Assembly (NCBI GenBank): GCA_009724975.1
Contig: SRXB01000002.1
Coordinates: 1 to 32,144, forward strand
Length of the DNA: 32,144 nucleotides
Reading direction: 5' to 3'
Source of the DNA: a bacterium
GTDB lineage: Bacteria > Desulfobacterota > Deferrisomatia > Deferrisomatales > BM512
The stretch's first letter is position 1, and every line of letters begins with the position of its first letter. The position numbers and the translations under genes were made by a program. Shown piece after piece: positions 16,269 through 24,565 of this stretch. The notes under the pieces were generated by a model. That model was not told the origin of the DNA. It was given only the letters and a program-made list of their open reading frames with translations, and ran no database searches.

Positions 16269-18748
16269 GGTTCAAGGTCCAGGATGATTTGGTTGCACTG
16301 TGTGCATTGCGCCAACCGCGTGTATTTCAGGTTGTGCTTCTGCTTTTCCACCAACGTCACGTAGCATTTTGGGCAAATCCCCTCGCTCTTCCCTTTGAGT
16401 TTCTCGAGGAAAAATACCTTGCCCTTTGCGATTTTGGCTTTTGCCAAGAATTCCTGGCCGACGGGCCCCTTGAAAATGAAGGCGGCCCCGTCAAGCGGAG
16501 CCCCGGCATTGTAGTTCGCAATCTGCTCGCTCAGGAGGCTGCGAGTCGTCTTTGTCCCCAACACGTCTCGGAGTGCCTGGCTTAGGTCGACTGGCTGCTC
16601 GTCCGTCAGAAACTCGGTAAAACCGACGTTCACGTCATCAATAAGCGCCTCTCTTGCAACGTCGACGTCGACCTCCCCGCCCCAGTAAGATTCCAGAGCT
16701 TCGTGGAGCCTCGTCAGACGTTCTCCCCTCTCTTCATCGTCATCAGTCTGGGCAGCTACAATGGCGGCGTTGGTGACGAAGTGCTGCTCCAACGCGCCCG
16801 ACTCGTCCTTGGAATACCTCTCCCGGGAAACCGCCCAGAGCCACTCGTTGACGAACTTCGTGGCCTCGTCCCGCTCCTTGAGCCGCCGGTACATGTACAT
16901 CGACACTTCAAACCAGATAACCAGTGCGGTTTTGACGACCTCTCGATCCGTGGCGCCCCTGACGGCACCTCTCATGACGCTGGAAAAATTATCAAAACTC
17001 GTCTTCAGGGCTCTCTGGTCCCGGTATTCCTGTTTTTTCTGTTTACCGGTTTTCTTTCGACCGTCGATTTCATCGGGGTCCACTTCTATGTCCGTGTCCT
17101 CACCCCTGTTGTGCCCCAGGAGAATCCGCCGAACCTGCGCCAGAATATCCCCTCGCCCGTGGGTGCCGAATGGCGTGGGTCCATCGTTGGGGTCGATGGG
17201 CGTGCCGTCCGGCGCGATCAAATCCAATTCGATCGTGACCGCCTGCTCGAGTTTCTCGCCACCCGGCACGGCCTCTTTCTTTCTCGCGTGCTTGATGGGG
17301 GTACGAAACGCTAGGTGGTGCTTCCCCGCACTGATCGCCAAAAAATCCAGCAGGGCGACCTCGTCATCGACAGTTTCCGTGCGATTGATAAAGCGAACGA
17401 AAGAGCGGTATTCCTTCGAGAGCCCGAGGATATCCTCGTGGTTCACCCAACCGCGACCGGAGATTTCCTCTCTGGTCATCTTAAGCTGGAGACCTGGGCC
17501 GAACAGGATTTGCTCCGAGGCCTCGAGGCGGCAATGGAAGAGACCGTGGGAGTCGACCTCAACGGCAAACTCGAGGGAATCCCCCCCCTTGTTTTCCAGT
17601 AAGCCCTGCCACTCCCCCGGCTGCGGCTCCTGCGCCAAAACGACCCCCTGCAGCAGCCCGTCCTTTTTGAGCGACGCGTAGATGAGGCACTTGCCGCTGA
17701 GCCCGCTGGCCTTGTAGTCGAACTTGACCGCTTTCGACGGGAAGGCTGCCGGCTCCCACTGGAGGGCCTCGCCACCCTTGGGAGTCCTGCGGACGACGCC
17801 GACCTCGACGTTGTCGACGCTGCACAGGGCTTTACTCGTAGCGTTGACACTCCCCGTCAACTCGATGACTTCGCCACCCTCTGCACCGATTTGAAACCAC
17901 TTCGCGTGCAGCCCCCTGTTCGCGGAGGGGACGACGGGCTTTTGGGCTTTCAGCGAGACACCCCAATGTGCTGACGAGTCAAAGGGGAAGTTGACTGCCT
18001 GTTTCGATTTGGTCGGCAAACCGATGCTTAGAGCGGTCGGTTTTAGGCTTTCGATGAGGCTCTTAACAGCCGAGCCGTCGTTGTCGTAATAGGGGGAGAG
18101 AATGTTGACTTCCCTGATTTTCCCAACCCCGGCGCAGAATTTGGCCATCTGCCCGACGATCGGCTCTGCGACCGTGTGCCAGAGTCTCGGTTGATCTTCC
18201 GGGGGGCTGGGGGCGGTTTTAGCCGCGCGCAGGGCTAGGGAGGAGAATTTATCAAGCCAGTCTCTTTCAGGGACAGCCCAGTTGTCCTTGATCGACAGGG
18301 ATTCCAGGAAGTCAGCGAAGTCTTCAAAAGCCAGAGGGCTCAGATCGGGGGTCAGTATCTCGAAGACCTCGAGGTTTCTGCCGAACCCGCCAAACGTCAC
18401 ATTCCCGCTGCCTACGACCAGGACATCCCCCTCATCGGAAGCGAGATACATGCACTTGGCGTGGAAAACCCCGTTCGGCAAAGCCACCGGTATGAGCCGA
18501 TAATCCTGCCCCACCTGGTGCGAACGGCGTTCGCTCAACGACATCTGGTAGCCGTCGGCGTCAGCGATCAGGTAAACCTCGCGGCACCCTTTCTTCCTGA
18601 GTTCCCTCATCACGAATGACTCGAAGAACGTCAAGCTCAAGGCGTAGGTCGTGAACAGCGCCTGCTTCCAGTTCCGATAGCCCAGGATCTCAGTAATAGA
18701 AAAGCCGTCCACATGTCCCCCTAGTTCCCGCATCAATAACAACTTCAA
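16265..18748 (-). CDS. Phospholipase-D-family (two HKD motifs) nuclease-like protein with C-terminal zinc ribbon
   Basis: HKD motif 1 is VFHAKCMYLASDEGDVLVVGSGNVT. HKD motif 2 is GLHAKWFQIGAEGGEVIELTGSVNAT. The C-terminus carries CPKC...CTQC. The ORF-track start at 18748 is a TTG; the first ATG is at 18733. Confidence 0.8.
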   Translation of the reverse strand: MKLLLMRELGGHVDGFSITEILGYRNWKQALFTTYALSLTFFESFVMRELRKKGCREVYLIADADGYQMSLSERRSHQVGQDYRLIPVALPNGVFHAKCMYLASDEGDVLVVGSGNVTFGGFGRNLEVFEILTPDLSPLAFEDFADFLESLSIKDNWAVPERDWLDKFSSLALRAAKTAPSPPEDQPRLWHTVAEPIVGQMAKFCAGVGKIREVNILSPYYDNDGSAVKSLIESLKPTALSIGLPTKSKQAVNFPFDSSAHWGVSLKAQKPVVPSANRGLHAKWFQIGAEGGEVIELTGSVNATSKALCSVDNVEVGVVRRTPKGGEALQWEPAAFPSKAVKFDYKASGLSGKCLIYASLKKDGLLQGVVLAQEPQPGEWQGLLENKGGDSLEFAVEVDSHGLFHCRLEASEQILFGPGLQLKMTREEISGRGWVNHEDILGLSKEYRSFVRFINRTETVDDEVALLDFLAISAGKHHLAFRTPIKHARKKEAVPGGEKLEQAVTIELDLIAPDGTPIDPNDGPTPFGTHGRGDILAQVRRILLGHNRGEDTDIEVDPDEIDGRKKTGKQKKQEYRDQRALKTSFDNFSSVMRGAVRGATDREVVKTALVIWFEVSMYMYRRLKERDEATKFVNEWLWAVSRERYSKDESGALEQHFVTNAAIVAAQTDDDEERGERLTRLHEALESYWGGEVDVDVAREALIDDVNVGFTEFLTDEQPVDLSQALRDVLGTKTTRSLLSEQIANYNAGAPLDGAAFIFKGPVGQEFLAKAKIAKGKVFFLEKLKGKSEGICPKCYVTLVEKQKHNLKYTRLAQCTQCNQIILDLEP
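17581..17588 (-). repeat. G8 homopolymer (coding strand) inside the PLD nuclease CDS
   Basis: The plus strand has eight consecutive C. It encodes the KGGD of ENKGGDSLEF. Confidence 0.9.
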
Positions 18749-18804
18749 ACCGCCTGCTGTAATGTTTGCCGTTCTTGGTCGCCGTCACTCCTCCCGTTCT
18801 TCCA

Positions 18805-19812
18805 TTAAGCGTGAGCGGGCTTTCTTGCTTTGACTGCACCGATGATCAGATTGTCGACGATTTTCAGCGGGGAGGTATCCCATGGGAACTCCTCACTTCG
18901 ACGGGCCCAGTGCTCTGTTGCGCTCGAAAATTCCTGGCTGGAGATCACCGGGACGAAGAACTTTTCGATGAGCCCCCGCATGAGATCCCATTGGCCGTGC
19001 AGGTCATTAGTGATGTTTTTGCTCCCGAGAAGGTGCGCCAACGTGTATTCCCTGTCGATCGGTGGCACGAGATTGGGGATGAGGTGGTGCATGACCTTAG
19101 AATTGCCGACGAGCCTCGTGCGGCTGGCCATCACGTCGATCCCCTCGAAAATCTCGCGTACGGCCCCCCAACGCGTCTCGTCCATCTGCGTGAGATCGAA
19201 CTGTTGGGCTTCGTGGATCCTGGCCACCAACGCCTCCACGCTGCGCAGGAAACGCTCGAAGGGACGCATCTTCGAGCCCTTTCCTCCCATGCGGTGCATG
19301 CCCCAAGAGGCCAGGGTGGCATAGACATACTCGAGGTGGGAGGTTGAGCACGGGGTTTGGCGAGTTTCCAGCGCTCTTCGGTGAAAGTATAGGCTGGGCC
19401 CCCCGAACACTTCCGCCTCGTAGTAGGCGACGTGATAAGGCCCCAAGTTTTCGAGCAGATCGCGAACCTTTTCGGGAAGCCCCTGGCCGGGACGCGCTCG
19501 CCGGCGAGGCGCCTCGCCCCGCCGCACGGACTCCTCGCGAGGGGCAGCACCCCCATCAGCCAGGAGGGAAATCCTCATCGGACGGGTGCTAGTGTCACGC
19601 CGCAACCGCCGGTCGGTCCTGACGGCCGTGTAGATGTTGGCCAGGAGAGCGTGATCGAGGGAGGTGTAGTTGCCTTTCTCGACATTCTTTAGCTGCGAGT
19701 CCGTCCCATAAAACTCGGGATGACTTCTTTTGATGATCTCGTGGATTTCCTGGGGTGTGATGGGGGCTCTTGCATTCGCGATTATGGTTCTTAATAGCTC
19801 AGCAAAGTTCAT
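18805..19812 (-). CDS. Hypothetical protein with an N-terminal winged-helix (HARE-HTH/Mrr_N-like) module
   Basis: The ATG at 19812 is preceded by GGGGGAG. The ATG-ATG at 19848 lacks an SD. MNFAELLRTIIANARAPITPQEIHEIIKRSHPEFYG looks like a small wHTH. The C-terminal ~200 aa are unrecognised. Confidence 0.45.
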   Translation of the reverse strand: MNFAELLRTIIANARAPITPQEIHEIIKRSHPEFYGTDSQLKNVEKGNYTSLDHALLANIYTAVRTDRRLRRDTSTRPMRISLLADGGAAPREESVRRGEAPRRRARPGQGLPEKVRDLLENLGPYHVAYYEAEVFGGPSLYFHRRALETRQTPCSTSHLEYVYATLASWGMHRMGGKGSKMRPFERFLRSVEALVARIHEAQQFDLTQMDETRWGAVREIFEGIDVMASRTRLVGNSKVMHHLIPNLVPPIDREYTLAHLLGSKNITNDLHGQWDLMRGLIEKFFVPVISSQEFSSATEHWARRSEEFPWDTSPLKIVDNLIIGAVKARKPAHA

Positions 19813-19855
19813 GTATGCTCCCCCGATGGGCCGAAGCCCAGCCATCATTCAGCGC

Positions 19856-20668
19856 TCAAATGATGTGATCTGAAATTACGTGCATCAACAAGGACTTCTT
19901 GGAAAACAGCCTGTTGCAGATATCGCAACGCACCAATCTAGTTTCAGTCGAATTTTCGACGTGATTGTGGTGTCGGCATAAATGTTTTATGAGTTTTCGG
20001 TAATCGACTTCCATATTACAGTATGGGCATACAGGTTCAGCATTGTGAACAATCTGGTTATCATCTGGATCTTTTTCACGCCATCCACTTGTTAATTTTG
20101 TTTTTTTCTTTGCAGTTTTGTATTTAATAATATCAAATACCTTTTTTTCATTAAACAGCAAGACCACTTGTTTCTTTTCTCTTGAGAAACAAATTATCTC
20201 TCCAGCAAGGTCTGCATAGCCATTTTCAACTATCATCCGCAAATATTCGCCATTAGAGTGTCGTACGAGGAGTTGAGCAAACGATTCTCCTGAGGCTTGA
20301 CTGGCCCTTACCACCAGACCAAGTTCTGGATCTAGAATTTGGTGCGCGGGGATAGCACTGACTACGGCCGGGGTGAAAGCCCCTCTAGATTGGTAAGAAT
20401 CGAAGCACCCATGCCTTGGCCAAGGCCAGCCAAGGTCATCGACCCAGACGCTCCCTCCGTTGTGTCGAATAAAGAAGACATCCTCTCCGCAAATCGGACA
20501 CTTGGATGGTGCACAGAATTCAGCTTCATCCCAGGCGTAAATCTTTTCCTGAAACCACCCTCTCGTAGGGTGTTCAAACCCGGCATTATAGCCTCCACCT
20601 CCTCCGAGGTGCCCCTCACCACCAAAACCACAGGTGCAGTTCAGGGAGTGGTTCCAAGCATTGCACAT
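19856..20668 (-). CDS. Cys-rich zinc-binding protein with two C-terminal C2H2-type zinc fingers
   Basis: The N-terminus carries CPICGEDVFFIRHNGGSVWVDDLGWPWPRHGC. The C-terminus carries CPYCNMEVDYRKLIKHLCRHH and CDICNRLFSKKSLLMHVISDH. The 3' ~480 nt are visibly AT-rich. Confidence 0.55.
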   Translation of the reverse strand: MCNAWNHSLNCTCGFGGEGHLGGGGGYNAGFEHPTRGWFQEKIYAWDEAEFCAPSKCPICGEDVFFIRHNGGSVWVDDLGWPWPRHGCFDSYQSRGAFTPAVVSAIPAHQILDPELGLVVRASQASGESFAQLLVRHSNGEYLRMIVENGYADLAGEIICFSREKKQVVLLFNEKKVFDIIKYKTAKKKTKLTSGWREKDPDDNQIVHNAEPVCPYCNMEVDYRKLIKHLCRHHNHVENSTETRLVRCDICNRLFSKKSLLMHVISDHII

Positions 20669-20682
20669 ATACCCCTCGATAG

Positions 20683-22116
20683 TTATGCGACGCCTCTAGG
20701 TTCATCACTTATCCCCGGCACCAGCGGCGTGCCGGGCTCGGGCCTGAACACGGTCTCTTCCACCTCAAATAGGTCGTACTTGAGGATTTCGAAACCAACC
20801 GCTTCACACGTGCAGTCCGACTCCTCAAGGGTGACGACGCGGAGCCTGCCGGTCCCGGATTCCCTATCGACGGCGACGACGGGCACCTCGCCGCAGGACA
20901 GGGCAAGAACCCCCTCCGCCGGCAAGGGGATGGCCGATTGGGTAGCCGTCGGCACCTTGCCAATCCTGAATTCGGGAACTTCAGCGTCATAGACAAAGTT
21001 CAGCGACTCCTCCCAGCGCCATGATGCCAGAATTTCCAAGGCTGCGTAAATCGTGATTGTGCCTCCCTGCAACGAAAGGAGTTCGCCCAGGAGGTCAACC
21101 TCCTGCCGGGTGAACGGCACCGGGTTCTTCTTGCATACCGCGACATGGGCGGCAACGGCCTTTTCGGTTGGTTCGAGGTAGGAGAACCACTCCTCTCTCG
21201 TCAGGTTGGGGTCTATCTTGGATGCTTCGTCAAACGCCCTGCGCTCCTCTTCGGTGGGCAAGTCAGAGCGCCCGAGGACTGCCGATCTTGGGCAGCTGGC
21301 CCTCAATTCGAATAAGGGGAGCCCCTCGCCGATCGTCTGTGACATACCGACGGCGACCCTGGCGCGGGGCTTTCCCTCCTCGACATCATCCAGGTAGGCG
21401 CTCCAGAAAAAGGCCGTGTGCAGCCACAGGCTCTCCCAGTGGAACTTCTTCCGGTCCGGCGTGAACACGAGGTCAGGGACAAGCAGCAGGCTGTACCGCC
21501 AGAGGTAGCTCGCGAACGGGCTGCCGTCAGGCTCGTGGTCCTGAAGGGTCACGACGCGCAACAGGCCCGTGCCCTGGTCGCGGCCGACGGCGACCCCCCG
21601 CACATTGCCACCCTTCAGGTGAACGAACCCTATGTCCGGCAATGAAGGGCCCCAGTGACCGGGGCTCATCGCCGCCTGCCCGGGGGGCTGAACGAGCCCA
21701 GGCAGCTCGGGCTCGACCGGCTCGGCCCAGCGGTTGGCGGTGAGCACGTTAAGGAGCGGGTCCATCACCGAGGAGTAGCTGCGCACCATGGCAACCTCGC
21801 CAAGCAGCTCAAATACCCGCTGGCCGAGTTCCGATTCCTCGGGGGTGAACGGGACAGGGGCTTTTTTGTACCTTTGCTGGAGGGCCTCGGCCTGGGCCTC
21901 GATCATGTCGATGTCTATCGCCATGCCGGCGGCAAGGTGGCCGTGGATATAGCGATGCCCCCAGAGGATGAAAGTGTCCATTCGGGATGGGTCCCGCCCT
22001 TGGCGCAGGTCCTCCTCGCTGGCGACCGCCCACGTCGGGACGCGAAAGGACCGCCCGCCCCATTCGCAGGGGTAAAGCTCCACGAGCCAGTACATCTGAA
22101 CATTGTTGTCATCCAT
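20683..22116 (-). CDS. Hypothetical two-module protein, paralogue of the C-terminal half of the Sel1-repeat protein; possibly SUKH/SMI1-KNR4-like
   Basis: Internal duplication: KKAPVPFTPEESELG...VAVGRDQGTGLLRVVTLQDHE versus KKNPVPFTRQEVDLLG...VAVDRESGTGRLRVVTLEESD. The protein aligns along its whole length with aa ~317-746 of the ORF at 28159-30399. Confidence 0.55.
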   Translation of the reverse strand: MDDNNVQMYWLVELYPCEWGGRSFRVPTWAVASEEDLRQGRDPSRMDTFILWGHRYIHGHLAAGMAIDIDMIEAQAEALQQRYKKAPVPFTPEESELGQRVFELLGEVAMVRSYSSVMDPLLNVLTANRWAEPVEPELPGLVQPPGQAAMSPGHWGPSLPDIGFVHLKGGNVRGVAVGRDQGTGLLRVVTLQDHEPDGSPFASYLWRYSLLLVPDLVFTPDRKKFHWESLWLHTAFFWSAYLDDVEEGKPRARVAVGMSQTIGEGLPLFELRASCPRSAVLGRSDLPTEEERRAFDEASKIDPNLTREEWFSYLEPTEKAVAAHVAVCKKNPVPFTRQEVDLLGELLSLQGGTITIYAALEILASWRWEESLNFVYDAEVPEFRIGKVPTATQSAIPLPAEGVLALSCGEVPVVAVDRESGTGRLRVVTLEESDCTCEAVGFEILKYDLFEVEETVFRPEPGTPLVPGISDEPRGVA

Positions 22117-22337
22117 GCGTGCGCCCCCTCAGGCAATGCTTAAGATGCAGGGCCCACCATAATGCGGCAGCCATGCGCCCCCAGCTTATCTTACCCGGCG
22201 GAATGTCAGGATAAGTCACAACGGCTTGCCGTCCATGATACCCACCCAGGAAAACATCCGGCCACACCATTTCGATAATGGGTGGCCGGGGCGTGCCTGA
22301 AGCGCACAGTTCGCTTTGGGGAATTTACGGGAACGGG

Positions 22338-22853
22338 CTATCTGGCCGGTTCAAAATCTCTGCGCAACTGTCGGTCAAATCCTTCAATGGCCTGCACGAT
22401 GAAATCAAACCAGCCATCGACATCAGGGTCCTGATCATAGCTGCCGCGCCGGGAAGAATAGGTGAGTTTGAGGGTGGCCCTTTCCTCAAAACCACTCGGG
22501 CGGAGCCTTTTCGTCACCTCGAATTCCACATCGTTGTCCCCTTCAAGGAACACATTCCTAGCGACACCGGGAAAGCCCTGCTGATCGGTTGGTAGTCGCT
22601 TGAACTCCTCCATGTACTCGACGTTGATCCGGAGGTAAACATGTGGTCTGTTCAGCGAAAGACGCCCCATGCCGGAAGAGACACCATCACATATGTTTAT
22701 CAAGGTCAGGCTGCGCAATCGGTTCAGCTTTTCGAGCCAGCTATCTTTCAGATTCTTGTCCACGCACCGCCCGTTCCAGAGTCGTTCATGAGGCCTGCAC
22801 TCCCTGCGGTTTGGCGCCATCTGCGGCGGAATGAGATTTACTCCCTGTGCCAT
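22338..22853 (-). CDS. Hypothetical 171-aa protein
   Basis: ATG at 22853 with GAGAGG upstream. No recognisable motifs. Confidence 0.45.
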   Translation of the reverse strand: MAQGVNLIPPQMAPNRRECRPHERLWNGRCVDKNLKDSWLEKLNRLRSLTLINICDGVSSGMGRLSLNRPHVYLRINVEYMEEFKRLPTDQQGFPGVARNVFLEGDNDVEFEVTKRLRPSGFEERATLKLTYSSRRGSYDQDPDVDGWFDFIVQAIEGFDRQLRRDFEPAR

Positions 22854-22934
22854 AAAACCTCTCAGATGTGATGATGGTCTTCACCTGCAATCAAAATGTG
22901 GATATTGCTGCAAGGTCGACGGGGGTTGTGCCTG

Positions 22935-24560
22935 TTATTCCGGTTTGGGATCGCGCCAGCAATTGTCGAGCATCCGGTCTGCGAGCCCGGTCAGTTCCTC
23001 GCGGAACTCAAGCTCACCCAGATAATCGGCATCCGTCTTCATGTCGGTTATGGCGAAGAGGTCCCGATCGCTGTCGGTCTTAACCTTCTGCCAATACTGG
23101 CGGTCCATGTTTCTATGGAGGCCGTTCAGTGCCCCGCAGAACGTGCCGGCCATGGCGGCGACCGTGTCCGAATCGACGCTCTCGTTGACGGCGTTGTAGA
23201 TGACCCGGTCGAAGTGGCCAGGGGAGAAGAGGAAGCAGTAGAGGGCGAACGGCAAGCTTTCCAGCACATAGGCACCACTCCAGAACTCTTCCTGGACCTG
23301 GGCGGGCAGTTGCTTTTCATCCAGGAACCGGGGGATGTCGTCGCGTATCCTCGAAGCCAGAGTCGATGGTTGGCCATCTTTGCGGGTCACATACTGACCG
23401 CCGCCCTCGATGCCGGCGATGGCGTCCGCCAGATCCCGGCAAAAAAGGGTCTTCTGCCCAAGATCCGACAGTTGATTGACGTTGATCCGCAGCAACATGG
23501 CCACGGCATAGGCCATGACAATACTGCTGGCAATCGCCATCGGGTCGTTATGGGTGACCATGGCCTGCATGCCGGCGGCCAGCTTGAGCTCGTCGAAGTC
23601 GTTGCGGAAGAAGATCCCCACCGGGGAGGCGCGCATCGCCGCGCCGTTCCCCGAGGAGGCGACGCCGGCCTCGTACCAAGGGAGCTTCTTGTCCTTGTAA
23701 TTGCCGACGAACTGCCTGGTCGCCTGACCGATGCCACGAATGTGCTCGCGGGTGAACCGCTTTGCCAAGTCATCCGGGACCAGCCTGCCATTGGTCAGCA
23801 GTGACTCGGCGAGCCACCATGTCATCTGGGTGTCATCGGTTATCGTGCCGACCGGCCCGGATTGCCACCCATGCCACGGCGCGTACCAGGTGGCCGGCGC
23901 GCACGTGCCGGGGAGCCGCCCCTCCATCTGCCTCCCTATGGCGTCGCCGATGGCCCCGCACAGGATCGCGCCCCGGACCTTGTCTTCGAGCCAACGCTTG
24001 CCTGACGGGCCCAGGTCTTCGTCCAGGTTGCCTTTCAGTGGTTTGTCGACCCCGACGTGCATGAAGTCGCAGCACAAGGCCCCCTTGTGGAAGATCTCCG
24101 TGTAGATCCCGTGGAGGGCCTCATCCCCCGAGCTCTTCTTCCTGATGGGCTTTGCCACCTGACTGCCGCCTTTCCGCCCCTTCAGCCAATTGCAGTAGAT
24201 GTCATTGGTGGCAAAGAAAAGCGTATCATTCGTTTCGTTATCGACGACGGAAATCCCCTCATTGAACTTGACGCCTGTGACGGAGCAGATGCCGGGCTTG
24301 TATGTTTGCGGTTCATTATCTCCGCACCACGGGATGCGGGTGTAATAACCCTCGAAGATCCCTGATGAGTACACGGGCCCTTTGATGGCTGGCATCTTGT
24401 CGGGAACCTTGTCTCTCCACCCTTCCCAATTGTTGCAGTAGGTCCAGAAGGGCACGGTGATACTGACCCCGCGCAATTCGCACCTGCCGCCTTGAGTCCG
24501 GTCCCCCCCAGTGCGGTTCCACGCACACGTTCCGCAATTATCTGGCCCGCCGTTTGGCAT
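22935..24560 (-). CDS. ADP-ribosylglycohydrolase (ARH/DraG family) with ~200-aa Cys-rich N-terminal extension
   Basis: Motifs seen: GAILCGAIGDAIGRQMEG, ITDDTQMTWW, SSGNGAAMRASPVG and SVDSDTVAAMAGTFCGALNG. The N-terminus carries NCGTC and further Cys residues. Confidence 0.8.
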   Translation of the reverse strand: MPNGGPDNCGTCAWNRTGGDRTQGGRCELRGVSITVPFWTYCNNWEGWRDKVPDKMPAIKGPVYSSGIFEGYYTRIPWCGDNEPQTYKPGICSVTGVKFNEGISVVDNETNDTLFFATNDIYCNWLKGRKGGSQVAKPIRKKSSGDEALHGIYTEIFHKGALCCDFMHVGVDKPLKGNLDEDLGPSGKRWLEDKVRGAILCGAIGDAIGRQMEGRLPGTCAPATWYAPWHGWQSGPVGTITDDTQMTWWLAESLLTNGRLVPDDLAKRFTREHIRGIGQATRQFVGNYKDKKLPWYEAGVASSGNGAAMRASPVGIFFRNDFDELKLAAGMQAMVTHNDPMAIASSIVMAYAVAMLLRINVNQLSDLGQKTLFCRDLADAIAGIEGGGQYVTRKDGQPSTLASRIRDDIPRFLDEKQLPAQVQEEFWSGAYVLESLPFALYCFLFSPGHFDRVIYNAVNESVDSDTVAAMAGTFCGALNGLHRNMDRQYWQKVKTDSDRDLFAITDMKTDADYLGELEFREELTGLADRMLDNCWRDPKPE

Positions 24561-24565
24561 TGTGT

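Noticed and set aside
6246-18748. Calling the locus a Mokosh-type system, because a COG1112-type helicase, a Ser/Thr kinase and a PLD nuclease all occur in the window.
   Set aside because: The helicase and PLD genes are ~6.6 kb apart and separated by six other genes and a promoter region. The helicase is embedded in the McrB/McrC-like operon instead. The resemblance is a parts-list coincidence until shown otherwise.
22260-22287. An imperfect hairpin (GGCCACACCA...TGGGTGGCC) in the 221-nt gap after the 171-aa gene as an intrinsic terminator.
   Set aside because: The stem is bulged and is followed only by a TTTT located 6 nt away. This is too weak to call. The gap may instead hold an internal promoter, but I found no convincing -35/-10 or -24/-12 element.
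22935-24560. Annotating the ADP-ribosylglycohydrolase as DraG (nitrogenase regulation).
   Set aside because: There is no draT or nif context, it has an extra 200-aa N-terminal domain, and it sits among accessory genes. Only the family-level call is justified.
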